DNA of 63,946 nucleotides from Frankiaceae bacterium (GTDB lineage Bacteria; Actinomycetota; Actinomycetes; JADGOV01): NCBI GenBank assembly GCA_017882785.1, contig JADGOV010000005.1, positions 1 to 63,946 of the forward strand, read 5' to 3'. Shown piece by piece: positions 53,812 to 63,022 of this stretch (position 1 is its first letter; each line of letters starts with the position of its first letter). The notes under the pieces were generated by a model. It saw only the letters and a program-made list of their open reading frames with translations, ran no database searches and was not told where the DNA came from. The position numbers and the translations under genes were made by a program.

Positions 53812-56787
53812 GTGGACCCGGAGTTGCGCGCTGCTCGCCCGCTGGTGGGCCGGACCGAGGAGTTGGCGCGTCTACGGCAGGCACTGCAGCAGTCCCGTTC
53901 GGGTCAGACGTCGGCGATCTTCCTCTGCGGCGACGCCGGCATCGGCAAGACACGGCTCGTCGCCGAGTTCCTGGCCGCTCAGGACCTCACGGACGAGCGA
54001 GTGCTCAACGGAAGCTGTGTCGAGTTCGGGTCGGCCGGCCTTCCGTTCGGCCCGTTCGTCGAGTTGCTGCGCCAGGTGTTACACGAAGCCGGGACCGACG
54101 AGCTCCCCCCCGGTTTCGGCAACGCGCTCGGAGCTCTGGTGCCTGGCCTGATGGTCGCCCCGTCGCCTGACACGTCGTGGCCGCCGGACCAGCTCGGACG
54201 GGCACGACTGTTCGGACTGGCGCTGACCCTGCTCACCCAGCTCGCCGACAGCGGCTCCCTGGTGATTGTCCTGGAGGACATCCACTGGGCCGACGAGACC
54301 AGCTTGGACCTGTTGCGCTTCCTGGTCGCCAATCTGCGCCAGCAGCGGGTGCTGCTGCTGGCCACCTACCGCGGCGAGGCTCTGCACCGCCGGCATCCGC
54401 TGTCGCGGCTGCTCGCCGACGTCGCACGCCATGCCGGCGTCGAGATCGTGGAGGTGCCGCCGCTGCCCGACCAGGAGCTCAGACAGATGGTGGAGGCGGA
54501 GATCGATGACCCGTTCCAGGTCGCCCGGGTCGTGGAACGCGCCGAGGGGAGCCCCTTCTTCGCCGAGGCGCTCGCGGCCGCGGTCGGTGAGGAGGAACAC
54601 CTGCCACGTCGGCTGCGGGACATCCTGCTGGCCCGCCTGGTCGCCCTGCCGGAGGATGTTCAGCACCTCGTCCGCGTAGCGGCGGTGGCCGGCCGCCCGG
54701 TCCCCGACGACGTCCTCATCGCGGTGTGCGACTGGCCGGCCGAACGGCTCCTCCCTGCTCTGCGGATCGCTGTTGAGCGTCAGGTGCTGACTGTCGTCGG
54801 AGCCGACGGCTACCGGGTCCGTCATGCGCTGCTGCAGCACGCCGTCTACGGCGACCTGCTCAACGTGGAGCGGCGGGAACTGCATGCCGCGGTCGCCGCG
54901 GCATTGGACGACCGGCTGGCCGCCAGCTCCTCGACCAGCCTCACAGCCGCGGCCGAGCTCGCCCACCACTGGTACGAGTCGGGTCTGAGCGAACCCGCGT
55001 TCTGGGCCGGACTGCGCGCCGCCCGGATGTCAGCGTCGGTGTACGCCTTCGCCGAGGCGGACTCGGAGTACTCCCGGGTACTGCGACTCTATGCCGCGTT
55101 CGCCCAGACGCCATCGGAGTGCCCGCCGCTGCCGCTGTCGCTGGAAGCGGCCGAAGCGGCACGCAGGGCGGGCCATACCCTACGAGCCCTGGACCGTTTC
55201 AATGAGGCGCTGCGCCTGCTGGACGGCGCCGACGAAGCCGGTCGCGCGCGTGACAGGGCGGCTGTCCTGGAACGGCTCGGCCAGTGCCAATGGGAGGCGG
55301 GACGCACGGATGCGGCGCGCGCCTCCTACGAGGAGGCTGCCCAGCTTCTGCACGAGGAGCCGGCAAGTGAGTTGCGGGCCCACGTGCTCGCCGCGCACGC
55401 CCGAATGCTCATGGTTCTGGATGAATTCGAGGCCTCGGAACGACTCTGCGCCGAGGCCACGACCGTGGCCCGGTCCAGCGGAGCAACGGGGGCGGCAACG
55501 AGCGCACTGATCACCTCCGGGGTGAACCGGGCCATGACCGGTGAGCTGGAATCGGGGATCGACGCGCTCAGGACCGCTTGCACGGCGGCGGCGAACAGCG
55601 AGCGACTGGACGACCTCGTACGCGCCTACGGCAACCTGGCAGCCGTGCTCAGTCGCGCCGCCCGCAGCGCGGACAGCCTGGACGCCGCCTCCGCCGGACT
55701 GGAGTTGTTGGCGGACCGCGGCCTGCCGCTGACCGTCGGCGGCCTCCTGATGGTCAACGCCGTGGCGCCGCTGGTCTGGCTGGGCCGCTGGGAGCAGGCG
55801 GTGCAGCTGGCGGAGGAGGCTTTGACCGCCGGAGTGCCGGCGCTGCACGCCGCGTACCTGCACCAGGCGCTGGCCGAAGTGGCCACCGGCCGTGGCCAGC
55901 TTGCCAGCGCCGCTCGGCACGTCGACGCTGTCCGCGAGCTCTCCCTCGACATCGGCGAGTGGCAGTTCGTCACGTCGTTCAGCGCGGCCGTGGCCGAGCT
56001 GCGCGTGTGGCAGGGCGACCACAGCCGGGCCCGGGCCGCGGTCGCGGAGGGCCTGGCCGGCACCGGTGGCCATCAGGAGGACTTCAGCATCCTGCTGCGC
56101 GCGGTCGGACTACGAGCCGAGGCCAACGAGGCAGAGCGGCGGCGCTGGCGCAAGCAGGAGATCGGCGACATCCCCGCCGCCGCGGAGCGCCTGGTGGCCG
56201 GAGCGGAGCAGGACATGGCTGCGCTGGACGGCCGCAGCGCCCCACCGCTGTCTGCTCGCGTGGGCCTGGCCCAGTGCCGCGCCGAACGCGGCCGGATCTC
56301 CGGCCGCGACGATCCAGCCCTATGGCGACACGTCGCAGAGGGCTGGTCGTCCCTGGACCGCGTTCTCGCCGGTGCCTACGCCCGTTACCGCGAGGCCGAG
56401 GCGTGGCTCAACAGCCACGAGATCGACCGAGCCCGGGCCGCGCTGTCCGCCGCCCGCGATGCCGCCGAGAGGCTCGGGGCCGTGCCATTGCTGCGGGAAA
56501 TCGACGCGCTGGCCCAGCGGGCCCGGCTGACGCCCATGCCGCGGGTAGCGCCCGACGCGGCGCCCATAGACGGCATGTCGGACCTTCTCACGGACCGTGA
56601 GCGCGAGGTCGTCCGGCTCCTGGTCAGCGGCTCAACGAATCGGGAAATCGGCCGCACGCTTTTCATCAGTGAGAAGACCGCGGGGGTGCACGTCTCGCAC
56701 ATCCTTGCCAAACTGCAGGCACGCAACCGCGTCGAAGCGGCGGCCGCGGCCTTACGGCTCGGCCTCGTCGACGCGCAGATGCCGTGA
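53812..56787 (+). CDS. STAND ATPase-TPR-LuxR HTH regulator (LAL/MalT-like)
   Basis: LVGR, GDAGIGKT, LEDIHWAD, GSPFF, helical repeat region and LTDREREV...TNREIG..LFISEKT...HVSHILAKL. Confidence 0.93.
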   Translation: MDPELRAARPLVGRTEELARLRQALQQSRSGQTSAIFLCGDAGIGKTRLVAEFLAAQDLTDERVLNGSCVEFGSAGLPFGPFVELLRQVLHEAGTDELPPGFGNALGALVPGLMVAPSPDTSWPPDQLGRARLFGLALTLLTQLADSGSLVIVLEDIHWADETSLDLLRFLVANLRQQRVLLLATYRGEALHRRHPLSRLLADVARHAGVEIVEVPPLPDQELRQMVEAEIDDPFQVARVVERAEGSPFFAEALAAAVGEEEHLPRRLRDILLARLVALPEDVQHLVRVAAVAGRPVPDDVLIAVCDWPAERLLPALRIAVERQVLTVVGADGYRVRHALLQHAVYGDLLNVERRELHAAVAAALDDRLAASSSTSLTAAAELAHHWYESGLSEPAFWAGLRAARMSASVYAFAEADSEYSRVLRLYAAFAQTPSECPPLPLSLEAAEAARRAGHTLRALDRFNEALRLLDGADEAGRARDRAAVLERLGQCQWEAGRTDAARASYEEAAQLLHEEPASELRAHVLAAHARMLMVLDEFEASERLCAEATTVARSSGATGAATSALITSGVNRAMTGELESGIDALRTACTAAANSERLDDLVRAYGNLAAVLSRAARSADSLDAASAGLELLADRGLPLTVGGLLMVNAVAPLVWLGRWEQAVQLAEEALTAGVPALHAAYLHQALAEVATGRGQLASAARHVDAVRELSLDIGEWQFVTSFSAAVAELRVWQGDHSRARAAVAEGLAGTGGHQEDFSILLRAVGLRAEANEAERRRWRKQEIGDIPAAAERLVAGAEQDMAALDGRSAPPLSARVGLAQCRAERGRISGRDDPALWRHVAEGWSSLDRVLAGAYARYREAEAWLNSHEIDRARAALSAARDAAERLGAVPLLREIDALAQRARLTPMPRVAPDAAPIDGMSDLLTDREREVVRLLVSGSTNREIGRTLFISEKTAGVHVSHILAKLQARNRVEAAAAALRLGLVDAQMP

Positions 56788-56851
56788 CACCGCACACAAT
56801 GTCAGCTGTCCGGCCGCCGTCGCGGTCAACTGGACCGAGGAGAAGAACGCT

Positions 56852-57898
56852 GTGAGAATCGTGGTCTGTGACAGCGATTGTGCCTGCTGCCGCTCCGCTC
56901 GTGCGACATTCGTCAACTCGTCCAGGGGCTGCTGTGGCAGCGGATACGGCGGCCCGGAGTACGGCGGGCCCGAATACGGCGGGCCCGAATACGGCGGGCC
57001 CGAATACGGCGGGCCCGAATACGGCGGGCCCGAATACGGCGGACCCCAGAACCGCATCCCACCAACCGGCTGGCACGCCGACCCGCCGGACCCGCGGGAC
57101 CACCGTCACGAGATCGAGGCATCGAGAAGGACGCTGCCGACCGATGTCGACCTACGGGACCTGGTGGACGTCCCGGTCTATCAACAGGGGCGCTTCCGCT
57201 CCTGTACCGCGAACGCGTTGGCCGCTGCCATCCGCTATCTGGATCTGGACGGGGCAGAGGCCCTCCGGCCGTCCCGGATGTTCCTGTACTGGAACGAGCG
57301 GCTGGAGGAGCACGACGAGACGTGCAACAGCACCGTCGCGATCCGCTCCAGCCTCCGCGTGCTCAACCGGCTGGGTGTGTGCGAGGAGAAGCTCTGGCCC
57401 TATCTGCCAGAAACGCTCTGCCGGCGGCCGCCGGCCTGGGTCTATGACTACACGCGGCTGCAAGGGCGCGTCGCGTATGCCCGGGTGCCGCGGCCCGGCG
57501 AGCACCCGGACAACCTCCAGGTGACCGAGGTGCAGTACACGCTGGCCGAGCGGAAGCAGCCGGTGATCTTCGGTTTCTCGGTGCTCGAAGGCTTCGTGAA
57601 GGCCCGCCGCGACCGCGGTCGCGTCCCGGCACCGGCGACGGACGAGCGGGTGCTCTTCGGGCATGCCGCAGTCGCCGTCGGCTACCGGACGGGAGACGAC
57701 GGCCCGGAGTTCATCTGCCAGAACTCCTGGGGTCGCCACTGGGGCGACGACGGGTTCTTCTACCTCCCGGCGGCGTACTTCGCCTCCCGGTACATCACCT
57801 CCGACGTGTGGAGTCTGTGGCGGGCCAGAAGGGGCCGGCCCGGCACCGAAGCTGCTGGCGGCTCCGACTCGACGTCGGCAAGCGAAGCGGAGACGTAG
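56852..57898 (+). CDS. Papain-family (C1) cysteine protease with Cys-rich tip and YGGPE repeats, about 348 aa
   Basis: GAGGAG RBS then GTG 56852; QG...SCTANA, PSRMFLYWN.R, GHA..AVGY and NSWG..WG..G. Confidence 0.9.
   Translation: MRIVVCDSDCACCRSARATFVNSSRGCCGSGYGGPEYGGPEYGGPEYGGPEYGGPEYGGPEYGGPQNRIPPTGWHADPPDPRDHRHEIEASRRTLPTDVDLRDLVDVPVYQQGRFRSCTANALAAAIRYLDLDGAEALRPSRMFLYWNERLEEHDETCNSTVAIRSSLRVLNRLGVCEEKLWPYLPETLCRRPPAWVYDYTRLQGRVAYARVPRPGEHPDNLQVTEVQYTLAERKQPVIFGFSVLEGFVKARRDRGRVPAPATDERVLFGHAAVAVGYRTGDDGPEFICQNSWGRHWGDDGFFYLPAAYFASRYITSDVWSLWRARRGRPGTEAAGGSDSTSASEAET
56945..57049 (+). repeat. 15-bp tandem repeat x7 encoding (YGGPE)6 YGGPQ
   Basis: tacggcgggcccgaa x5 identical, with variant first and last units. 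Confidence 0.97.
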
Positions 57899-57916
57899 CC
57901 GAGTCTGCCCCGCGTG

Positions 57917-58684
57917 TCAGGAGTCCCCGAATCGGTCGGGGACATTGTGCCCGCCGCCCCCCGCGCCGGGCCAGTGGAACAGCCGCAGCACGGGGGGCGT
58001 GGCGGAGCCGGACACCGCCAGGGCTGCGGTGTGCCCCTCGCCGGCCTCCAGGTCGACAAGGTGCCAATTGGCATCGTCGTCGCTGCTCAGCGTTGCCGGT
58101 TGGGTCGGGTCCACGCTGACGGCGAAGGAGCGGAGGTCATGTGACAGCCCGTCGCCGACGGCCTTGATGAAGGCCTCCTTGCGGGTCCAACAGCGGAAGA
58201 AGCCGGCCTGCCATTGATCTCCCGGCAGGGCGCGCAATGCGGCATTCTCGGCTGGGGCGAAGAATCGCTCGGCGATCCGGGGAGCCGCGAGGGTGGCGCG
58301 AACCTCCTCGACGTCGACCCCGACCCGCCCGTGGCGCCGGAAGGCGAGCACGGCGCGAGTTTGAGCGTGCGAGACGTTGAACGCCAGCAACGGATCGCCG
58401 ACGAGGGACGGCTTGCCCTGCGGTCCATAGTGCAGATCCACCCGGCTGGTGAGGCCGAGATAGGCCGCCAACAGCCGACGCAGCACGACTCTGGTGACCA
58501 CGAATGCCCGGTACGCTTCCGGCGAGCGTAGCCTCGACGCTCGCGCCCGCTCAGCGTCGTCCAGCCCAGCCAGATAGGGCTCCGGCGACTCGGTGCGGAG
58601 ATCGACCCACCAGACATGCACCTCATCTCCGAGTTGGAGACCGTCCGCCCGCCCCGATGGCAAGCGGTCACCGTCCCCCGTCAC
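57917..58684 (-). CDS. Sfp-type 4'-phosphopantetheinyl transferase
   Basis: GKP, FNVSH, VGVDVE and WTRKEAFIKA.G. Confidence 0.93.
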   Translation of the reverse strand: MTGDGDRLPSGRADGLQLGDEVHVWWVDLRTESPEPYLAGLDDAERARASRLRSPEAYRAFVVTRVVLRRLLAAYLGLTSRVDLHYGPQGKPSLVGDPLLAFNVSHAQTRAVLAFRRHGRVGVDVEEVRATLAAPRIAERFFAPAENAALRALPGDQWQAGFFRCWTRKEAFIKAVGDGLSHDLRSFAVSVDPTQPATLSSDDDANWHLVDLEAGEGHTAALAVSGSATPPVLRLFHWPGAGGGGHNVPDRFGDS

Positions 58685-59478
58685 GAGGCGAGCCGGATCG
58701 TCGGCACTGTCCTGCGCAGATCGGCCACGACACACTGCAGCAGTCTGGGCCGGCAGGTCTGCAGGTAGAAGTGACCGCCGGGAAGGAATCGGGCAACGAA
58801 GGTGCCACTGGTGTGCGCCCCCCACGCGCGCAGTTCCTCCGCATCGACCTTGGTGTCCTCGCTGCCGCCGAACGCGCTGATCGGGACCGACAGCCGTGGC
58901 GCCGCTGCATGACGCGCCTCATGGACATAGGTCTCGTTCACCGTCAGGTCGGCCCGGAGCAGGGGAAGCTGCAATGTCATGAGCTCGGCGTTGTCGAGCA
59001 CGGCTGCCGGCATGCCGCCCAGGCTCCGGAGGTGACCGAGCAACTCCCGGTCGGGCAGCACGTGCAGCCGGTCCCGCGGATCGCGAAGGTGCGGCGCGAT
59101 CCGGCCCGAGACGAACAGGTGCTCGGGCGTGGGGCCGGCCTCTCGACGCCAGGTGCGGACGAGCTCGTAGGCGAGCAACGCGCCGAAACTGTGCCCGAAG
59201 AGGGCGAACGGGACGCTCGCGTATCCGGCGAGCGCATCAGTCAAGGCTGCCATCAATGTTGGCAGAGTACGAAACGGCTGCTCACCGAACCGATTCTCGC
59301 GGCCAGGAAGCTGAACCGGGCAGACTGCCACGCCGCTGGCGGCCAGCTCCGCGACCCACGGTCGATAGACCGACGCGCCGGCCCCGGCGTGGGAGAAGCA
59401 GAACAGCCGCAGCGCGGCGTCCGCGGGCGGCTCGGGAAGCAACCAACGACCGGTCCCTCGCACCGTCGCACCACTCAC
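58681..59478 (-). CDS. Type II thioesterase
   Basis: CFSHAGAGAS, QLPGRE.R, GHSFG and GGHFYL. Confidence 0.93.
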   Translation of the reverse strand: MSGATVRGTGRWLLPEPPADAALRLFCFSHAGAGASVYRPWVAELAASGVAVCPVQLPGRENRFGEQPFRTLPTLMAALTDALAGYASVPFALFGHSFGALLAYELVRTWRREAGPTPEHLFVSGRIAPHLRDPRDRLHVLPDRELLGHLRSLGGMPAAVLDNAELMTLQLPLLRADLTVNETYVHEARHAAAPRLSVPISAFGGSEDTKVDAEELRAWGAHTSGTFVARFLPGGHFYLQTCRPRLLQCVVADLRRTVPTIRLAS

Positions 59479-60260
59479 ACCAGCACCTCCTGACGATCCG
59501 TGCGCACGGAGGGCCGCGCCTCGGCCACGGGTGGGATGGTGCCCAACCGCCTGATGCCGTACCGCACCGACCCGGCGGCGAGCAGGAGCACCAACGGCGC
59601 GTCCAGCAGGCTGCGAACCAGCAGGTAGGTATGCGTGGAGGTGGTGAGCAGCACGGTCAAGCTGATAGCGCCACGGCAGGTGAAGTAGATCCCCCAGACC
59701 AGCGACAACCTGACGAACAGCTGACGCAGCGCCGGGGGGTGCGACGCGGCCGGCGGCAGCGGGAGCAGTTCGGCCGCCAGGACGCCGGCCAAGGGAAGCC
59801 GGGTGAGGCACGAGATTCCAAAGGCCGAGCCTTCGACGAGGTCGACGCTGACGGAAGGGAGGAAGTACAGCACGGCGCTGCCGGCCAGCAACCCGGCCGT
59901 GACCTGCAGCAGCACGATGGCCAGCGACAACCGGGCCAGCCGACCGGGCCGACCCTTGCGGCGCTCCCAGCCGAAGAGGCTGAGCGACACCACGGTTGCC
60001 AGAAGTACGCCGCCGGCGATACCGGTAAGCGTGTCACCGAGCCAGAAGCCACCGATGGGCCCGACGCTGTTGAGTAGTAGCCGGGGTACCGACGTCCGGA
60101 GCAGGGGCCAGGCGCCAACCGGTCGCGCCCGCGCGCCACCCGGCGCACCGGCCCCGCCGGTCGCGGACCGCGCGGGTGTCGACGTGCGCCGGAATCGACC
60201 GCGGGGTCGGCGATGGCGTCCGGGCGGGCTCCGGGTCAGCCCCGACCCGGGCGTCCTCAC
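59475..60260 (-). CDS. Multi-pass membrane protein (DUF3159/VC0807-like)
   Basis: Several hydrophobic helices; translationally coupled on both sides. Confidence 0.7.
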   Translation of the reverse strand: MRTPGSGLTRSPPGRHRRPRGRFRRTSTPARSATGGAGAPGGARARPVGAWPLLRTSVPRLLLNSVGPIGGFWLGDTLTGIAGGVLLATVVSLSLFGWERRKGRPGRLARLSLAIVLLQVTAGLLAGSAVLYFLPSVSVDLVEGSAFGISCLTRLPLAGVLAAELLPLPPAASHPPALRQLFVRLSLVWGIYFTCRGAISLTVLLTTSTHTYLLVRSLLDAPLVLLLAAGSVRYGIRRLGTIPPVAEARPSVRTDRQEVLV

Positions 60261-61393
60261 CGCTGGGCGACAGCCGGATCTGACCCCCCCGGCCCCGCGA
60301 CAATCCCGGGAAGCCGCACGGTGAGGTAGTCCGGCGGCTCCGCCACGTCACCCAGGTCGGCCCGCAAGCGGGCGGTGTTCCCGCTTCGGCCGACCTCGGC
60401 GAAGCCGGCGAAGCGGTAGGTCACGTACATCAGCCGGTTGCGGCCGGTTTCGGTGAAGTCGGCCTCGAGGACTCGGCCCTGGTCCCGGGCGAGCCGCAGG
60501 ATGTGGCCGAGCAGCACCCCTCCCACGCCTCGGGACATCACCCGGCACGACATCAACAGCAACTTGAGCCGCCACACCGGGCCCCCGGTCTCGACCAAGG
60601 CCAGCCCGATGGTGCCGTAGGAGCCGAATCGATCGGTCAGTCCGGCCACCATCAGCAGGTGGTCCGGGCTGGTGCGGAACCGGTCGAGGTCGGCGTAGGA
60701 GTACGTGACCCCGGTGGAGTTGAGCTGGTTGGTACGGATGGTGAGCTCCTCGGCCCGCTGGAGGTCGTCCTCGCCGGCGGGCACGATGGTCAACACCATG
60801 CCGAGCGTGGCCAAGAAGCGTTCGTTGTCACCGCCGAAATCCTGCTCGGCCTGGTCGCGCAGCATCGCACTGCGGTACATCTCCCGACGCAGCCGGGACT
60901 CCTCGGTGACGAAGCGGGGCTGGTAGTCGGGCAGCGAGGTCATCTGACCCACGTCCGCCACCGGCACGCAGCGCACCTGCGGCAGTTCGAAGGACACCTC
61001 CGCCAGCTCGAAGGGCTGGTCGTCGACGAAGGCAAGCGAGTCGAGACCGATGTTGAGCGCCTCGGCGATGGTGGCCACCGAGCGGGACTTGGGGTTCCAG
61101 CCGACCTGTGGGAACAGGAAGTACTCCGCCAGCCCGAGCTCCGACAGTTTCCGCAGCGCCAGTTCCGGATCGTTGCGGCTGGCAACGGAGTGCAGGATGC
61201 CCCGCTCGTCGAGGGCGCGGACGGCGGCCACCACGTCCGGCCGCAGCCGCACCTCGGCATCCTCCAACAGCACCCCGTCCCACAACGTGTTGTCGAGGTC
61301 CCACACCACGCACTTGACGGCACCCGCTGCCGACGCCCGCGTCGGGCGCTCGTCAACGCCGGCGGTCAGCCTGGCTGTCAGGTCGCCTGTCAC
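60257..61393 (-). CDS. FkbH-like glyceryl transferase/phosphatase (HAD-IIIC)
   Basis: VKCVVWDLDNTLW.G, SVASRN, FVDDQ.FE, RTNQLN and LMSCRVMSRG. Confidence 0.95.
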   Translation of the reverse strand: MTGDLTARLTAGVDERPTRASAAGAVKCVVWDLDNTLWDGVLLEDAEVRLRPDVVAAVRALDERGILHSVASRNDPELALRKLSELGLAEYFLFPQVGWNPKSRSVATIAEALNIGLDSLAFVDDQPFELAEVSFELPQVRCVPVADVGQMTSLPDYQPRFVTEESRLRREMYRSAMLRDQAEQDFGGDNERFLATLGMVLTIVPAGEDDLQRAEELTIRTNQLNSTGVTYSYADLDRFRTSPDHLLMVAGLTDRFGSYGTIGLALVETGGPVWRLKLLLMSCRVMSRGVGGVLLGHILRLARDQGRVLEADFTETGRNRLMYVTYRFAGFAEVGRSGNTARLRADLGDVAEPPDYLTVRLPGIVAGPGGSDPAVAQR

Positions 61394-62289
61394 GCTGCGC
61401 TCCTTCCGCCGACTACCGGCAGCAGCTCATCGACACCGCGGCGGTAGGCGTCCTCGGCGATCATCAACTGCTGGATCTGGGTGCTGCCCTCGATGATCTC
61501 CATGATCTTCGCGTCCCGGAAGTAGCGGCTGACGCTGGCCGACGTCGAGCACCCATGCGCGCCGAGCAGCTGCACGGCGTCCCCGGCCACACGCACCGCG
61601 CTGCTCGCGGCCACGTACTTCGCGATGCACGTCGCCGTGACCGTTGCGGGATCGCCCTGGTCCTTCAGTTCCCCGGCGTGCCGGCACAGCAAGCGCTCCG
61701 CCGAGAGCTGGGCCACCATCTCACTGATCAACCGACGGACAAGCTGGTGCTCGCGGAGCACCGCGCCGCCCTGGCTGCGCTTCGCCGTGTAGCTCACGCA
61801 GGCATCCAGGCACGCCTGCAGGATGCCGACGCAGCCGCACGCCACGCTGTACCGGCCAAGGTCCAACGCCGTCGTGGCCACCAGCAAACCGGCACCCTCG
61901 GTCGCGATGACCGCGGAGCGAGGTACCCAGCAGTCCCGGAAGCGCACCTCGGCCAGCAGGCTGGCGCGGGTGCCGAGCATGTCGTCGATGGGGATCCGCT
62001 CGATGCCCGCCCGATCGGCCTCGACGAGAAGCGCCGTCGGCCCCCGTTCGGTGCGGGCGAACACCAGGAGCAGGTCGGCGATCTGACCGCCGGTGATCCA
62101 ACGCTTGATTCCGTCGAGCAGGTAGCCCTCGCCGCTGCGGCGGGCGGTCATCGTGATCGAGGCGGCGTCGCTGCCGGCCTCCGGCTCGGTGAGGCAGAAC
62201 GCGGCCACCGCGTCCCCGGCGGCCATCCGCGGGAGCCACTCGCGCCGGGTCTGCTCCCCAGCCCAGCGCGCGGTCATCATCGACGCCAT
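61390..62289 (-). pseudogene. FkbI-like acyl-ACP dehydrogenase, 5'-truncated
   Basis: FCLTEPEAGSD, G.KRWIT.G and DAKIMEIIEGS present, but the usual N-terminal helical domain is missing. Confidence 0.75.
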
Positions 62290-62365
62290 GACCGATAGGC
62301 AGTGGGCGTCGATTGAGCCGATGGTGCCAGTGCGCAGCGGCGGCCGCCCGGCGATCCACCCAAGC
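62288..62365 (+). mobile_element. IS5-family transposase N-terminal remnant
   Basis: MTDRQWASIEPMVPVRSGGRPAIHP resembles the IS5 N-terminal pattern LTD.QW..IEP.LP....GRP..H. Confidence 0.65.
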
Positions 62366-62787
62366 GAAAGAGGCGTCCGCCGATTTTGGTGCCGAGCGAC
62401 GCCATCGCCACCAGAGTTATGATCTTGGGCAGGTCAGGTCGGCGGGCAGCGACGGGTATCGAGACTTCGCGCGTACCAGCCCAACGCAGCGAGGACGGCA
62501 GCCGCCTTCGCCTGCATCTGGCCGTACCGCGGCTCTCCAATATCAGCTCGGTTGCTGACCGCCACACCTAGGCCGGCAAGCCGTGGCCGGCCGGCCTGCC
62601 TCCGCACCTACCACGGTGTCCTCGTCGCCACCACCGCCGGCTGGCTGTGGACCCCCGACCGGGTGTGGACCGCTACCGCACCAAGATCAGTGGTGGATGC
62701 GGGCTTGCTCCTCCACGCCGCGAGATGCCAGGTTCCCGAGGAGAAACCACCGGGACGGCCGGCTTATGGAAAGGCGAGGGGCAACAA

Positions 62788-63000
62788 CTGCTCGAGCGGC
62801 GTAGGCCGCCGAGCGCCGTCGTCGCCGGCGACGCGTGCTCGACACTGCCCGTTACGCTGCCGCCCACCGGCCTGTCCGTCGGCACCGACCTCCTCGTCAC
62901 CGGCTTCGACGGCAGCGCCGTCTCGCGCCGCTCGCGCGGTCGCCGACCATGGCGTCCATTCCGCTGGCCGCCATCGGCGCCAGCGTTGTCGCCCGCGTCG
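62788..63000 (+). pseudogene. LacI-family ligand-binding domain remnant, frameshifted
   Basis: LLERRRPPSAVVAGD...GLSVGTDLLVTGFDGS, then PTMASIPLAAIGASVVARV in another frame. Confidence 0.6.
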
Positions 63001-63022
63001 GCCGGCGGTCGCGCCTCCGCGG

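Noticed and set aside
56597-56851. N-terminal extension of the C1 protease ORF
   Set aside because: It overlaps the LuxR HTH coding region; a good RBS supports GTG 56852.
56945-57049. Possible CRISPR array
   Set aside because: The 15-bp units are contiguous with no spacers, are in frame within a CDS, and no cas genes are present.
62277-62567. Frameshifted N-terminus of the FkbI-like gene
   Set aside because: The upstream - strand translations I examined show no acyl-CoA dehydrogenase similarity.
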